NCBI GenBank assembly: GCA_964057225.1
Contig: OZ059895.1
Span: 21,762,001 to 21,826,000 of the forward strand
Source: Auanema rhodensis
Taxonomy: Eukaryota; Animalia; Nematoda
Length of the DNA: 64,000 bases
Reading direction: 5' to 3'
Position 1 is the first letter of the stretch. Every line of letters begins with the position of its first letter. Below the pieces are notes generated by a model. The model was not told the origin of the DNA, ran no database searches, and was given only the letters and a program-made list of their open reading frames with translations. Positions 1 through 11,949 of the stretch are shown in pieces. The position numbers and the translations under genes were made by a program.

Positions 1-30
1 AAAATTTTTGTCAAAATGTTTTTGGAAGCA

Positions 31-58
31 ATGTTGAGTGTACATGGAAACTCAACAT
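31..58. repeat. 9-bp perfect inverted repeat with 10-nt spacer (example copy)
   Basis: ATGTTGAGT (31-39) pairs with ACTCAACAT (50-58). Confidence 0.9.
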
Positions 59-333
59 ACACTAATGCATCATTTTTCAAACGATCATAACTAATTTTTG
101 TATTGAGCGTTTCTCAATGTAGTATAGTGCATTCGATGCGGATTTTTAAGCTGCGTCGATCTGTGTTATCAGATTTGCGCTAGCTTGAAAATGCACCGAG
201 ATATCAACTGATATATGTTCACACTTATATCCTCGATTTTCACCCTGAAGAAATTATTTTTTCGTTGAATAACATTGTCCATCGTCTTTGCCTTGAAAAA
301 AGGAATCTAAAAACATCTACTTCTTGCTAAATT

Positions 334-368
334 ATTTTGAAATTTTTCGAAAAAATTTTTGTCAAAAT
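334..368. repeat. A/T-tract palindrome TTTTTCGAAAAA with outer arms ATTTTGA/TCAAAAT (example copy)
   Basis: There is a 12-bp perfect palindrome at 343-354, and 334-340 is the reverse complement of 362-368. Confidence 0.9.
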
Positions 369-829
369 TGTTTTTGGAAGCAATGTTGAGTGTACATGGA
401 AACTCAACATACACTAATGCATCATTTTTCAAACGATCATAACTAATTTTTGTATTGAGCGTTTCTCAATGTAGTATAGTGCATTCGATGCGGATTTTTA
501 AGCTGCGTCGATCTGTGTTATCAGATTTGCGCTAGCTTAAAAATGCACCGAGATATCAACTGATATATGTTCACACTTATATCCTTGATTTTCACCCTGA
601 AGAAATTATTTTTTCGTTGAATAACATTGTCCATCGTCTTTGCCTTGAAAAAAGGAATCTAAAAACATCTACTTCTTGCTAAATTATTTTGAAATTTTTC
701 GAAAAAATTTTTGTCAAAATGTTTTTGGAAGCAATGTTGAGTGTACATGGAAACTCAACATACACTAATGCATCATTTTTCAAACGATCATAACTAATTT
801 TTGTATTGAGCGTTTCTCAATGTAGTATA

Positions 830-899
830 GTGCATTCGATGCGGATTTTTAAGCTGCGTCGATCTGTGTTATCAGATTTGCGCTAGCTTAAAAATGCAC
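830..899. repeat. Imperfect inverted repeat within the monomer (m127-196; example copy, present in nearly all monomers)
   Basis: ATTTTTAAGCT (845-855) is the exact reverse complement of AGCTTAAAAAT (885-895). Inner pairs GCG/CGC and ATCTG/CAGAT and outer pair GTGCATT/AATGCAC also match. Confidence 0.9.
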
Positions 900-3800
900 C
901 GAGATATCAACTGATATATGTTCACACTTATATCCTCGATTTTCACCCTGAAGAAATTATTTTTTCGTTGAATAACATTGTCCATCGTCTTTGCCTTGAA
1001 AAAAGGAATCTAAAAACATCTACTTCTTGCTAAATTATTTTGAAATTTTTCGAAAAAATTTTTGTCAAAATGTTTTTGGAAGCAATGTTGAGTGTACATG
1101 GAAACTCAACATACACTAATGCATCATTTTTCAAACGATCATAACTAATTTTTGTATTGAGCGTTTCTCAATGTAGTATAGTGCATTCGATGCGGATTTT
1201 TAAGCTGCGTCGATCTGTGTTATCAGATTTGCGCTAGCTTAAAAATGCACCGAGATATCAACTGATATATGTTCACACTTATATCCTCGATTTTCACCCT
1301 GAAGAAATTATTTTTTCGTTGAATAACATTGTCCATCGTCTTTGCCTTGAAAAAAGGAATCTAAAAACATCTACTTCTTGCTAAATTATTTTGAAATTTT
1401 TCGAAAAAATTTTTGTCAAAATGTTTTTGGAAGCAATGTTGAGTGTACATGGAAACTCAACATACACTAATGCATCATTTTTCAAACGATCATAACTAAT
1501 TTTTGTATTGAGCGTTTCTCAATGTAGTATAGTGCATTCGATGCGGATTTTTAAGCTGCGTCGATCTGTGTTATCAGATTTGCGCTAGCTTAAAAATGCA
1601 CCGAGATATCAACTGATATATGTTCACACTTATATCCTCGATTTTCACCCTGAAGAAATTATTTTTTCGTTGAATAACATTGTCCATCGTCTTTGCCTTG
1701 AAAAAAGGAATCTAAAAACATCTACTTCTTGCTAAATTATTTTGAAATTTTTCGAAAAAATTTTTGTCAAAATGTTTTTGGAAGCAATGTTGAGTGTACA
1801 TGGAAACTCAACATACACTAATGCATCATTTTTCAAACGATCATAACTAATTTTTGTATTGAGCGTTTCTCAATGTAGTATAGTGCATTCGATGCGGATT
1901 TTTAAGCTGCGTCGATCTGTGTTATCAGATTTGCGCTAGCTTAAAAATGCACCGAGATATCAACTGATATATGTTCACACTTATATCCTCGATTTTCACC
2001 CTGAAGAAATTATTTTTTCGTTGAATAACATTGTCCATCGTCTTTGCCTTGAAAAAAGGAATCTAAAAACATCTACTTCTTGCTAAATTATTTTGATATT
2101 TTTCGAAAAAATTTTTGTCAAAATGTTTTTGGAAGCAATGTTGAGTGTACATGGAAACTCAACATACACTAATGCATCATTTTTCAAACGATCATAACTA
2201 ATTTTTGTATTAAGCGTTTCTCAATGTAGTATAGTGCATTCGATGCGGATTTTTAAGCTGCGTCGATCTGTGTTATCAGATTTGCGCTAGCTTAAAAATG
2301 CACCGAGATATCAACTGATATATGTTCACACTTATATCCTCGATTTTCACCCTGAAGAAATTATTTTTTCGTTGAATAACATTGTCCATCGTCTTTGCCT
2401 TGAAAAAAGGAATCTAAAAACATCTACTTCTTGCTAAATTATTTTGAAATTTTTCGAAAAAATTTTTGTCAAAATGTTTTTGGAAGCAATGTTGAGTGTA
2501 CATGGAAACTCAACATACACTAATGCATCATTTTTCAAACGATCATAACTAATTTTTGTATTGAGCGTTTCTCAATGTAGTATAGTGCATTCGATGCGGA
2601 TTTTTAAGCTGCGTCGATCTGTGTTATCAGATTTGCGCTAGCTTAAAAATGCACCGAGATATCAACTGATATATGTTCACACTTATATCCTCGATTTTCA
2701 CCCTGAAGAAATTATTTTTTCGTTGAATAACATTGTCCATCGTCTTTGCCTTGAAAAAAGGAATCTAAAAACATCTACTTCTTGCTAAATTATTTTGAAA
2801 TTTTTCGAAAAAATTTTTGTCAAAATGTTTTTGGAAGCAATGTTGAGTGTACATGGAAACTCAACATACACTAATGCATCATTTTTCAAACGATCATAAC
2901 TAATTTTTGTATTGAGCGTTTCTCAATGTAGTATAGTGCATTCGATGCGGATTTTTAAGCTGCGTCGATCTGTGTTATCAGATTTGCGCTAGCTTAAAAA
3001 TGCACCGAGATATCAACTGATATATGTTCACACTTATATCCTCGATTTTCACCCTGAAGAAATTATTTTTTCGTTGAATAACATTGTCCATCGTCTTTGC
3101 CTTGAAAAAAGGAATCTAAAAACATCTACTTCTTGCTAAATTATTTTGATATTTTTCGAAAAAATTTTTGTCAAAATGTTTTTGGAAGCAATGTTGAGTG
3201 TACATGGAAACTCAACATACACTAATGCATCATTTTTCAAACGATCATAACTAATTTTTGTATTGAGCGTTTCTCAATGTAGTATAGTGCATTCGATGCG
3301 GATTTTTAAGCTGCGTCGATCTGTGTTATCAGATTTGCGCTAGCTTAAAAATGCACCGAGATATCAACTGATATATGTTCACACTTATATCCTCGATTTT
3401 CACCCTGAAGAAATTATTTTTTCGTTGAATAACATTGTCCATCGTCTTTGCCTTGAAAAAAGGAATCTAAAAACATCTACTTCTTGCTAAATTATTTTGA
3501 TATTTTTCGAAAAAATTTTTGTCAAAATGTTTTTGGAAGCAATGTTGAGTGTACATGGAAACTCAACATACACTAATGCATCATTTTTCAAACGATCATA
3601 ACTAATTTTTGTATTAAGCGTTTCTCAATGTAGTATAGTGCATTCGATGCGGATTTTTAAGCTGCGTCGATCTGTGTTATCAGATTTGCGCTAGCTTAAA
3701 AATGCACCGAGATATCAACTGATATATGTTCACACTTATATACTCGATTTTCACCCTGAAGAAATTATTTTTTCGTTGAATAACATTGTCCATCGTCTTC

Positions 3801-6800
3801 GCCTTGAAAAAAGGAATCTAAAAACATCTACTTCTTGCTAAATTATTTTGAAATTTTTCGAAAAAATTTTTGTCAAAATGTTTTTGGAAGCAATGTTGAG
3901 TGTACATGGAAACTCAACATACACTAATGCATCATTTTTCAAACGATCATAACTAATTTCTGTATTGAGCGTTTCTCAATGTAGTATAGTGCATTCGATG
4001 CGGATTTTTAAGCTGCGTCGATCTGTGTTATCAGATTTGCGCTAGCTTAAAAATGCACCGAGATATCAACTGATATATGTTCACACTTATATCCTCGATT
4101 TTCACCCTGAAGAAATTATTTTTTCGTTGAATAACATTGTCCATCGTCTTTGCCTTGAAAAAAGGAATCTAAAAACATCTACTTTTTGCTAAATTATTTT
4201 GAAATTTTTCGAAAAAATTTTTGTCAAAATGTTTTTGGAAGCAATGTTGAGTGTACATGGAAACTCAACATACACTAATGCATCATTTTTCAAACGATCA
4301 TAACTAATTTTTGTATTGAGCGTTTCTCAATGTAGTATAGTGCATTCGATGCGGATTTTTAAGCTGCGTCGATCTGTGTTATCAGATTTGCGCTAGCTTA
4401 AAAATGCACCGAGATATCAACTGATATATGTTCACACTTATATCCTCGATTTTCACCCTGAAGAAATTATTTTTTCGTTGAATAACATTGTCCATCGTCT
4501 TTGCCTTGAAAAAAGGAATCTAAAAACATCTACTTCTTGCTAAATTATTTTGATATTTTTCGAAAAAATTTTTGTCAAAATGTTTTTGGAAGCAATGTTG
4601 AGTGTACATGGAAACTCAACATACACTAATGCATCATTTTTCAAACGATCATAACTAATTTTTGTATTAAGCGTTTCTCAATGTAGTATAGTGCATTCGA
4701 TGCGGATTTTTAAGCTGCGTCGATCTGTGTTATCAGATTTGCGCTAGCTTAAAAATGCACCGAGATATCAACTGATATATGTTCACACTTATATACTCGA
4801 TTTTCACCCTGAAGAAATTATTTTTTCGTTGAATAACATTGTCCATCGTCTTCGCCTTGAAAAAAGGAATCTAAAAACATCTACTTCTTGCTAAATTATT
4901 TTGAAATTTTTCGAAAAAATTTTTGTCAAAATGTTTTTGGAAGCAATGTTGAGTGTACATGGAAACTCAACATACACTAATGCATCATTTTTCAAACGAT
5001 CATAACTAATTTCTGTATTGAGCGTTTCTCAATGTAGTATAGTGCATTCGATGCGGATTTTTAAGCTGCGTCGATCTGTGTTATCAGATTTGCGCTAGCT
5101 TAAAAATGCACCGAGATATCAACTGATATATGTTCACACTTATATCCTCGATTTTCACCCTGAAGAAATTATTTTTTCGTTGAATAACATTGTCCATCGT
5201 CTTTGCCTTGAAAAAAGGAATCTAAAAACATCTACTTCTTGCTAAATTATTTTGAAATTTTTCGAAAAAATTTTTGTCAAAATGTTTTTGGAAGCAATGT
5301 TGAGTGTACATGGAAACTCAACATACACTAATGCATCATTTTTCAAACGATCATAACTAATTTTTGTATTGAGCGTTTCTCAATGTAGTATAGTGCATTC
5401 GATGCGGATTTTTAAGCTGCGTCGATCTGTGTTATCAGATTTGCGCTAGCTTAAAAATGCACCGAGATATCAACTGATATATGTTCACACTTATATCCTC
5501 GATTTTCACCCTGAAGAAATTATTTTTTCGTTGAATAACATTGTCCATCGTCTTTGCCTTGAAAAAAGGAATCTAAAAACATCTACTTCTTGCTAAATTA
5601 TTTTGAAATTTTTCGAAAAAATTTTTGTCAAAATGTTTTTGGAAGCAATGTTGAGTGTACATGGAAACTCAACATACACTAATGCATCATTTTTCAAACG
5701 ATCATAACTAATTTTTGTATTGAGCGTTTCTCAATGTAGTATAGTGCATTCGATGCGGATTTTTAAGCTGCGTCGATCTGTGTTATCAGATTTGCGCTAG
5801 CTTAAAAATGCACCGAGATATCAACTGATATATGTTCACACTTATATCCTCGATTTTCACCCTGAAGAAATTATTTTTTCGTTGAATAACATTGTCCATC
5901 GTCTTTGCCTTGAAAAAAGGAATCTAAAAACATCTACTTCTTGCTAAATTATTTTGAAATTTTTCGAAAAAATTTTTGTCAAAATGTTTTTGGAAGCAAT
6001 GTTGAGTGTACATGGAAACTCAACATACACTAATGCATCATTTTTCAAACGATCATAACTAATTTTTGTATTGAGCGTTTCTCAATGTAGTATAGTGCAT
6101 TCGATGCGGATTTTTAAGCTGCGTCGATCTGTGTTATCAGATTTGCGCTAGCTTGAAAATGCACCGAGATATCAACTGATATATGTTCACACTTATATCC
6201 TCGATTTTCACCCTGAAGAAATTATTTTTTCGTTGAATAACATTGTCCATCGTCTTTGCCTTGAAAAAAGGAATCTAAAAACATCTACTTCTTGCTAAAT
6301 TATTTTGAAATTTTTCGAAAAAATTTTTGTCAAAATGTTTTTGGAAGCAATGTTGAGTGTACATGGAAACTCAACATACACTAATGCATCATTTTTCAAA
6401 CGATCATAACTAATTTTTGTATTGAGCGTTTCTCAATGTAGTATAGTGCATTCGATGCGGATTTTTAAGCTGCGTCGATCTGTGTTATCAGATTTGCGCT
6501 AGCTTAAAAATGCACCGAGATATCAACTGATATATGTTCACACTTATATCCTTGATTTTCACCCTGAAGAAATTATTTTTTCGTTGAATAACATTGTCCA
6601 TCGTCTTTGCCTTGAAAAAAGGAATCTAAAAACATCTACTTCTTGCTAAATTATTTTGAAATTTTTCGAAAAAATTTTTGTCAAAATGTTTTTGGAAGCA
6701 ATGTTGAGTGTACATGGAAACTCAACATACACTAATGCATCATTTTTCAAACGATCATAACTAATTTTTGTATTGAGCGTTTCTCAATGTAGTATAGTGC

Positions 6801-9800
6801 ATTCGATGCGGATTTTTAAGCTGCGTCGATCTGTGTTATCAGATTTGCGCTAGCTTAAAAATGCACCGAGATATCAACTGATATATGTTCACACTTATAT
6901 CCTCGATTTTCACCCTGAAGAAATTATTTTTTCGTTGAATAACATTGTCCATCGTCTTTGCCTTGAAAAAAGGAATCTAAAAACATCTACTTCTTGCTAA
7001 ATTATTTTGAAATTTTTCGAAAAAATTTTTGTCAAAATGTTTTTGGAAGCAATGTTGAGTGTACATGGAAACTCAACATACACTAATGCATCATTTTTCA
7101 AACGATCATAACTAATTTTTGTATTGAGCGTTTCTCAATGTAGTATAGTGCATTCGATGCGGATTTTTAAGCTGCGTCGATCTGTGTTATCAGATTTGCG
7201 CTAGCTTAAAAATGCACCGAGATATCAACTGATATATGTTCACACTTATATCCTCGATTTTCACCCTGAAGAAATTATTTTTTCGTTGAATAACATTGTC
7301 CATCGTCTTTGCCTTGAAAAAAGGAATCTAAAAACATCTACTTCTTGCTAAATTATTTTGAAATTTTTCGAAAAAATTTTTGTCAAAATGTTTTTGGAAG
7401 CAATGTTGAGTGTACATGGAAACTCAACATACACTAATGCATCATTTTTCAAACGATCATAACTAATTTTTGTATTGAGCGTTTCTCAATGTAGTATAGT
7501 GCATTCGATGCGGATTTTTAAGCTGCGTCGATCTGTGTTATCAGATTTGCGCTAGCTTAAAAATGCACCGAGATATCAACTGATATATGTTCACACTTAT
7601 ATCCTCGATTTTCACCCTGAAGAAATTATTTTTTCGTTGAATAACATTGTCCATCGTCTTTGCCTTGAAAAAAGGAATCTAAAAACATCTACTTCTTGCT
7701 AAATTATTTTGAAATTTTTCGAAAAAATTTTTGTCAAAATGTTTTTGGAAGCAATGTTGAGTGTACATGGAAACTCAACATACACTAATGCATCATTTTT
7801 CAAACGATCATAACTAATTTTTGTATTGAGCGTTTCTCAATGTAGTATAGTGCATTCGATGCGGATTTTTAAGCTGCGTCGATCTGTGTTATCAGATTTG
7901 CGCTAGCTTAAAAATGCACCGAGATATCAACTGATATATGTTCACACTTATATCCTCGATTTTCACCCTGAAGAAATTATTTTTTCGTTGAATAACATTG
8001 TCCATCGTCTTTGCCTTGAAAAAAGGAATCTAAAAACATCTACTTCTTGCTAAATTATTTTGATATTTTTCGAAAAAATTTTTGTCAAAATGTTTTTGGA
8101 AGCAATGTTGAGTGTACATGGAAACTCAACATACACTAATGCATCATTTTTCAAACGATCATAACTAATTTTTGTATTAAGCGTTTCTCAATGTAGTATA
8201 GTGCATTCGATGCGGATTTTTAAGCTGCGTCGATCTGTGTTATCAGATTTGCGCTAGCTTAAAAATGCACCGAGATATCAACTGATATATGTTCACACTT
8301 ATATCCTCGATTTTCACCCTGAAGAAATTATTTTTTCGTTGAATAACATTGTCCATCGTCTTTGCCTTGAAAAAAGGAATCTAAAAACATCTACTTCTTG
8401 CTAAATTATTTTGAAATTTTTCGAAAAAATTTTTGTCAAAATGTTTTTGGAAGCAATGTTGAGTGTACATGGAAACTCAACATACACTAATGCATCATTT
8501 TTCAAACGATCATAACTAATTTTTGTATTGAGCGTTTCTCAATGTAGTATAGTGCATTCGATGCGGATTTTTAAGCTGCGTCGATCTGTGTTATCAGATT
8601 TGCGCTAGCTTAAAAATGCACCGAGATATCAACTGATATATGTTCACACTTATATCCTCGATTTTCACCCTGAAGAAATTATTTTTTCGTTGAATAACAT
8701 TGTCCATCGTCTTTGCCTTGAAAAAAGGAATCTAAAAACATCTACTTCTTGCTAAATTATTTTGAAATTTTTCGAAAAAATTTTTGTCAAAATGTTTTTG
8801 GAAGCAATGTTGAGTGTACATGGAAACTCAACATACACTAATGCATCATTTTTCAAACGATCATAACTAATTTTTGTATTGAGCGTTTCTCAATGTAGTA
8901 TAGTGCATTCGATGCGGATTTTTAAGCTGCGTCGATCTGTGTTATCAGATTTGCGCTAGCTTAAAAATGCACCGAGATATCAACTGATATATGTTCACAC
9001 TTATATCCTCGATTTTCACCCTGAAGAAATTATTTTTTCGTTGAATAACATTGTCCATCGTCTTTGCCTTGAAAAAAGGAATCTAAAAACATCTACTTCT
9101 TGCTAAATTATTTTGAAATTTTTCGAAAAAATTTTTGTCAAAATGTTTTTGGAAGCAATGTTGAGTGTACATGGAAACTCAACATACACTAATGCATCAT
9201 TTTTCAAACGATCATAACTAATTTTTGTATTGAGCGTTTCTCAATGTAGTATAGTGCATTCGATGCGGATTTTTAAGCTGCGTCGATCTGTGTTATCAGA
9301 TTTGCGCTAGCTTAAAAATGCACCGAGATATCAACTGATATATGTTCACACTTATATCCTCGATTTTCACCCTGAAGAAATTATTTTTTCGTTGAATAAC
9401 ATTGTCCATCGTCTTTGCCTTGAAAAAAGGAATCTAAAAACATCTACTTCTTGCTAAATTATTTTGATATTTTTCGAAAAAATTTTTGTCAAAATGTTTT
9501 TGGAAGCAATGTTGAGTGTACATGGAAACTCAACATACACTAATGCATCATTTTTCAAACGATCATAACTAATTTTTGTATTAAGCGTTTCTCAATGTAG
9601 TATAGTGCATTCGATGCGGATTTTTAAGCTGCGTCGATCTGTGTTATCAGATTTGCGCTAGCTTAAAAATGCACCGAGATATCAACTGATATATGTTCAC
9701 ACTTATATACTCGATTTTCACCCTGAAGAAATTATTTTTTCGTTGAATAACATTGTCCATCGTCTTCGCCTTGAAAAAAGGAATCTAAAAACATCTACTT

Positions 9801-11949
9801 CTTGCTAAATTATTTTGAAATTTTTCGAAAAAATTTTTGTCAAAATGTTTTTGGAAGCAATGTTGAGTGTACATGGAAACTCAACATACACTAATGCATC
9901 ATTTTTCAAACGATCATAACTAATTTCTGTATTGAGCGTTTCTCAATGTAGTATAGTGCATTCGATGCGGATTTTTAAGCTGCGTCGATCTGTGTTATCA
10001 GATTTGCGCTAGCTTAAAAATGCACCGAGATATCAACTGATATATGTTCACACTTATATCCTCGATTTTCACCCTGAAGAAATTATTTTTTCGTTGAATA
10101 ACATTGTCCATCGTCTTTGCCTTGAAAAAAGGAATCTAAAAACATCTACTTTTTGCTAAATTATTTTGAAATTTTTCGAAAAAATTTTTGTCAAAATGTT
10201 TTTGGAAGCAATGTTGAGTGTACATGGAAACTCAACATACACTAATGCATCATTTTTCAAACGATCATAACTAATTTTTGTATTGAGCGTTTCTCAATGT
10301 AGTATAGTGCATTCGATGCGGATTTTTAAGCTGCGTCGATCTGTGTTATCAGATTTGCGCTAGCTTAAAAATGCACCGAGATATCAACTGATATATGTTC
10401 ACACTTATATCCTCGATTTTCACCCTGAAGAAATTATTTTTTCGTTGAATAACATTGTCCATCGTCTTTGCCTTGAAAAAAGGAATCTAAAAACATCTAC
10501 TTCTTGCTAAATTATTTTGATATTTTTCGAAAAAATTTTTGTCAAAATGTTTTTGGAAGCAATGTTGAGTGTACATGGAAACTCAACATACACTAATGCA
10601 TCATTTTTCAAACGATCATAACTAATTTTTGTATTAAGCGTTTCTCAATGTAGTATAGTGCATTCGATGCGGATTTTTAAGCTGCGTCGATCTGTGTTAT
10701 CAGATTTGCGCTAGCTTAAAAATGCACCGAGATATCAACTGATATATGTTCACACTTATATACTCGATTTTCACCCTGAAGAAATTATTTTTTCGTTGAA
10801 TAACATTGTCCATCGTCTTCGCCTTGAAAAAAGGAATCTAAAAACATCTACTTCTTGCTAAATTATTTTGAAATTTTTCGAAAAAATTTTTGTCAAAATG
10901 TTTTTGGAAGCAATGTTGAGTGTACATGGAAACTCAACATACACTAATGCATCATTTTTCAAACGATCATAACTAATTTCTGTATTGAGCGTTTCTCAAT
11001 GTAGTATAGTGCATTCGATGCGGATTTTTAAGCTGCGTCGATCTGTGTTATCAGATTTGCGCTAGCTTAAAAATGCACCGAGATATCAACTGATATATGT
11101 TCACACTTATATCCTCGATTTTCACCCTGAAGAAATTATTTTTTCGTTGAATAACATTGTCCATCGTCTTTGCCTTGAAAAAAGGAATCTAAAAACATCT
11201 ACTTTTTGCTAAATTATTTTGAAATTTTTCGAAAAAATTTTTGTCAAAATGTTTTTGGAAGCAATGTTGAGTGTACATGGAAACTCAACATACACTAATG
11301 CATCATTTTTCAAACGATCATAACTAATTTTTGTATTGAGCGTTTCTCAATGTAGTATAGTGCATTCGATGCGGATTTTTAAGCTGCGTCGATCTGTGTT
11401 ATCAGATTTGCGCTAGCTTAAAAATGCACCGAGATATCAACTGATATATGTTCACACTTATATCCTCGATTTTCACCCTGAAGAAATTATTTTTTCGTTG
11501 AATAACATTGTCCATCGTCTTTGCCTTGAAAAAAGGAATCTAAAAACATCTACTTCTTGCTAAATTATTTTGATATTTTTCGAAAAAATTTTTGTCAAAA
11601 TGTTTTTGGAAGCAATGTTGAGTGTACATGGAAACTCAACATACACTAATGCATCATTTTTCAAACGATCATAACTAATTTTTGTATTGAGCGTTTCTCA
11701 ATGTAGTATAGTGCATTCGATGCGGATTTTTAAGCTGCGTCGATCTGTGTTATCAGATTTGCGCTAGCTTAAAAATGCACCGAGATATCAACTGATATAT
11801 GTTCACACTTATATCCTCGATTTTCACCCTGAAGAAATTATTTTTTCGTTGAATAACATTGTCCATCGTCTTTGCCTTGAAAAAAGGAATCTAAAAACAT
11901 CTACTTCTTGCTAAATTATTTTGATATTTTTCGAAAAAATTTTTGTCAA

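Larger units (their letters stand above)
187..10980. repeat. 17-monomer (5967 bp) tandem duplication containing a nested 3-monomer duplication
   Basis: Rare variants recur at +5967: 586/6553, 2097/8064, 2212/8179, 3501/9468, 3742/9709, 3800/9767, 3960/9927, 5013/10980 (187/6155 is +5968 because of the 1-bp insertion). Nested pairs at +1053: 3501/4554, 3742/4795, 3960/5013. Confidence 0.9.

Noticed and set aside
127-196. tRNA-like cloverleaf (7-bp closing stem, ~70 nt)
   Set aside because: Arm geometry, the 6-nt loop and the absence of a correctly placed T-arm or B box do not fit a tRNA on either strand.
260-276. CENP-B box-like TTTCGTTGAATAACATT
   Set aside because: It matches only the TTCG....A half; the required CGGG is absent.
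245-300. Hammerhead ribozyme (CTGAAGA matches the CUGANGA core; some satellites encode hammerheads)
   Set aside because: I found no stem II closed directly by GAAA and no stem I/III pairing. An Infernal search would settle it.
1-351. 351 bp = 117 codons, and frame +1 has only TAA/TAG/TAA stops, so it would be open under the ciliate-type genetic code
   Set aside because: Lacking TGA in one of six frames is likely by chance. Variants are largely non-synonymous, and the -1, +1 and +10 indels break the frame.
1-351. Assignment to a known ~350-360 bp satellite family (e.g. Drosophila 1.688, Tribolium satellites)
   Set aside because: Only length and AT-richness are similar. I do not recognise sequence identity, so a database search is required.
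362-372. Unique +1 T insertion in monomer 2
   Set aside because: It is a singleton absent from its 17-mer paralogue near 6335 and cannot be distinguished from a consensus error.
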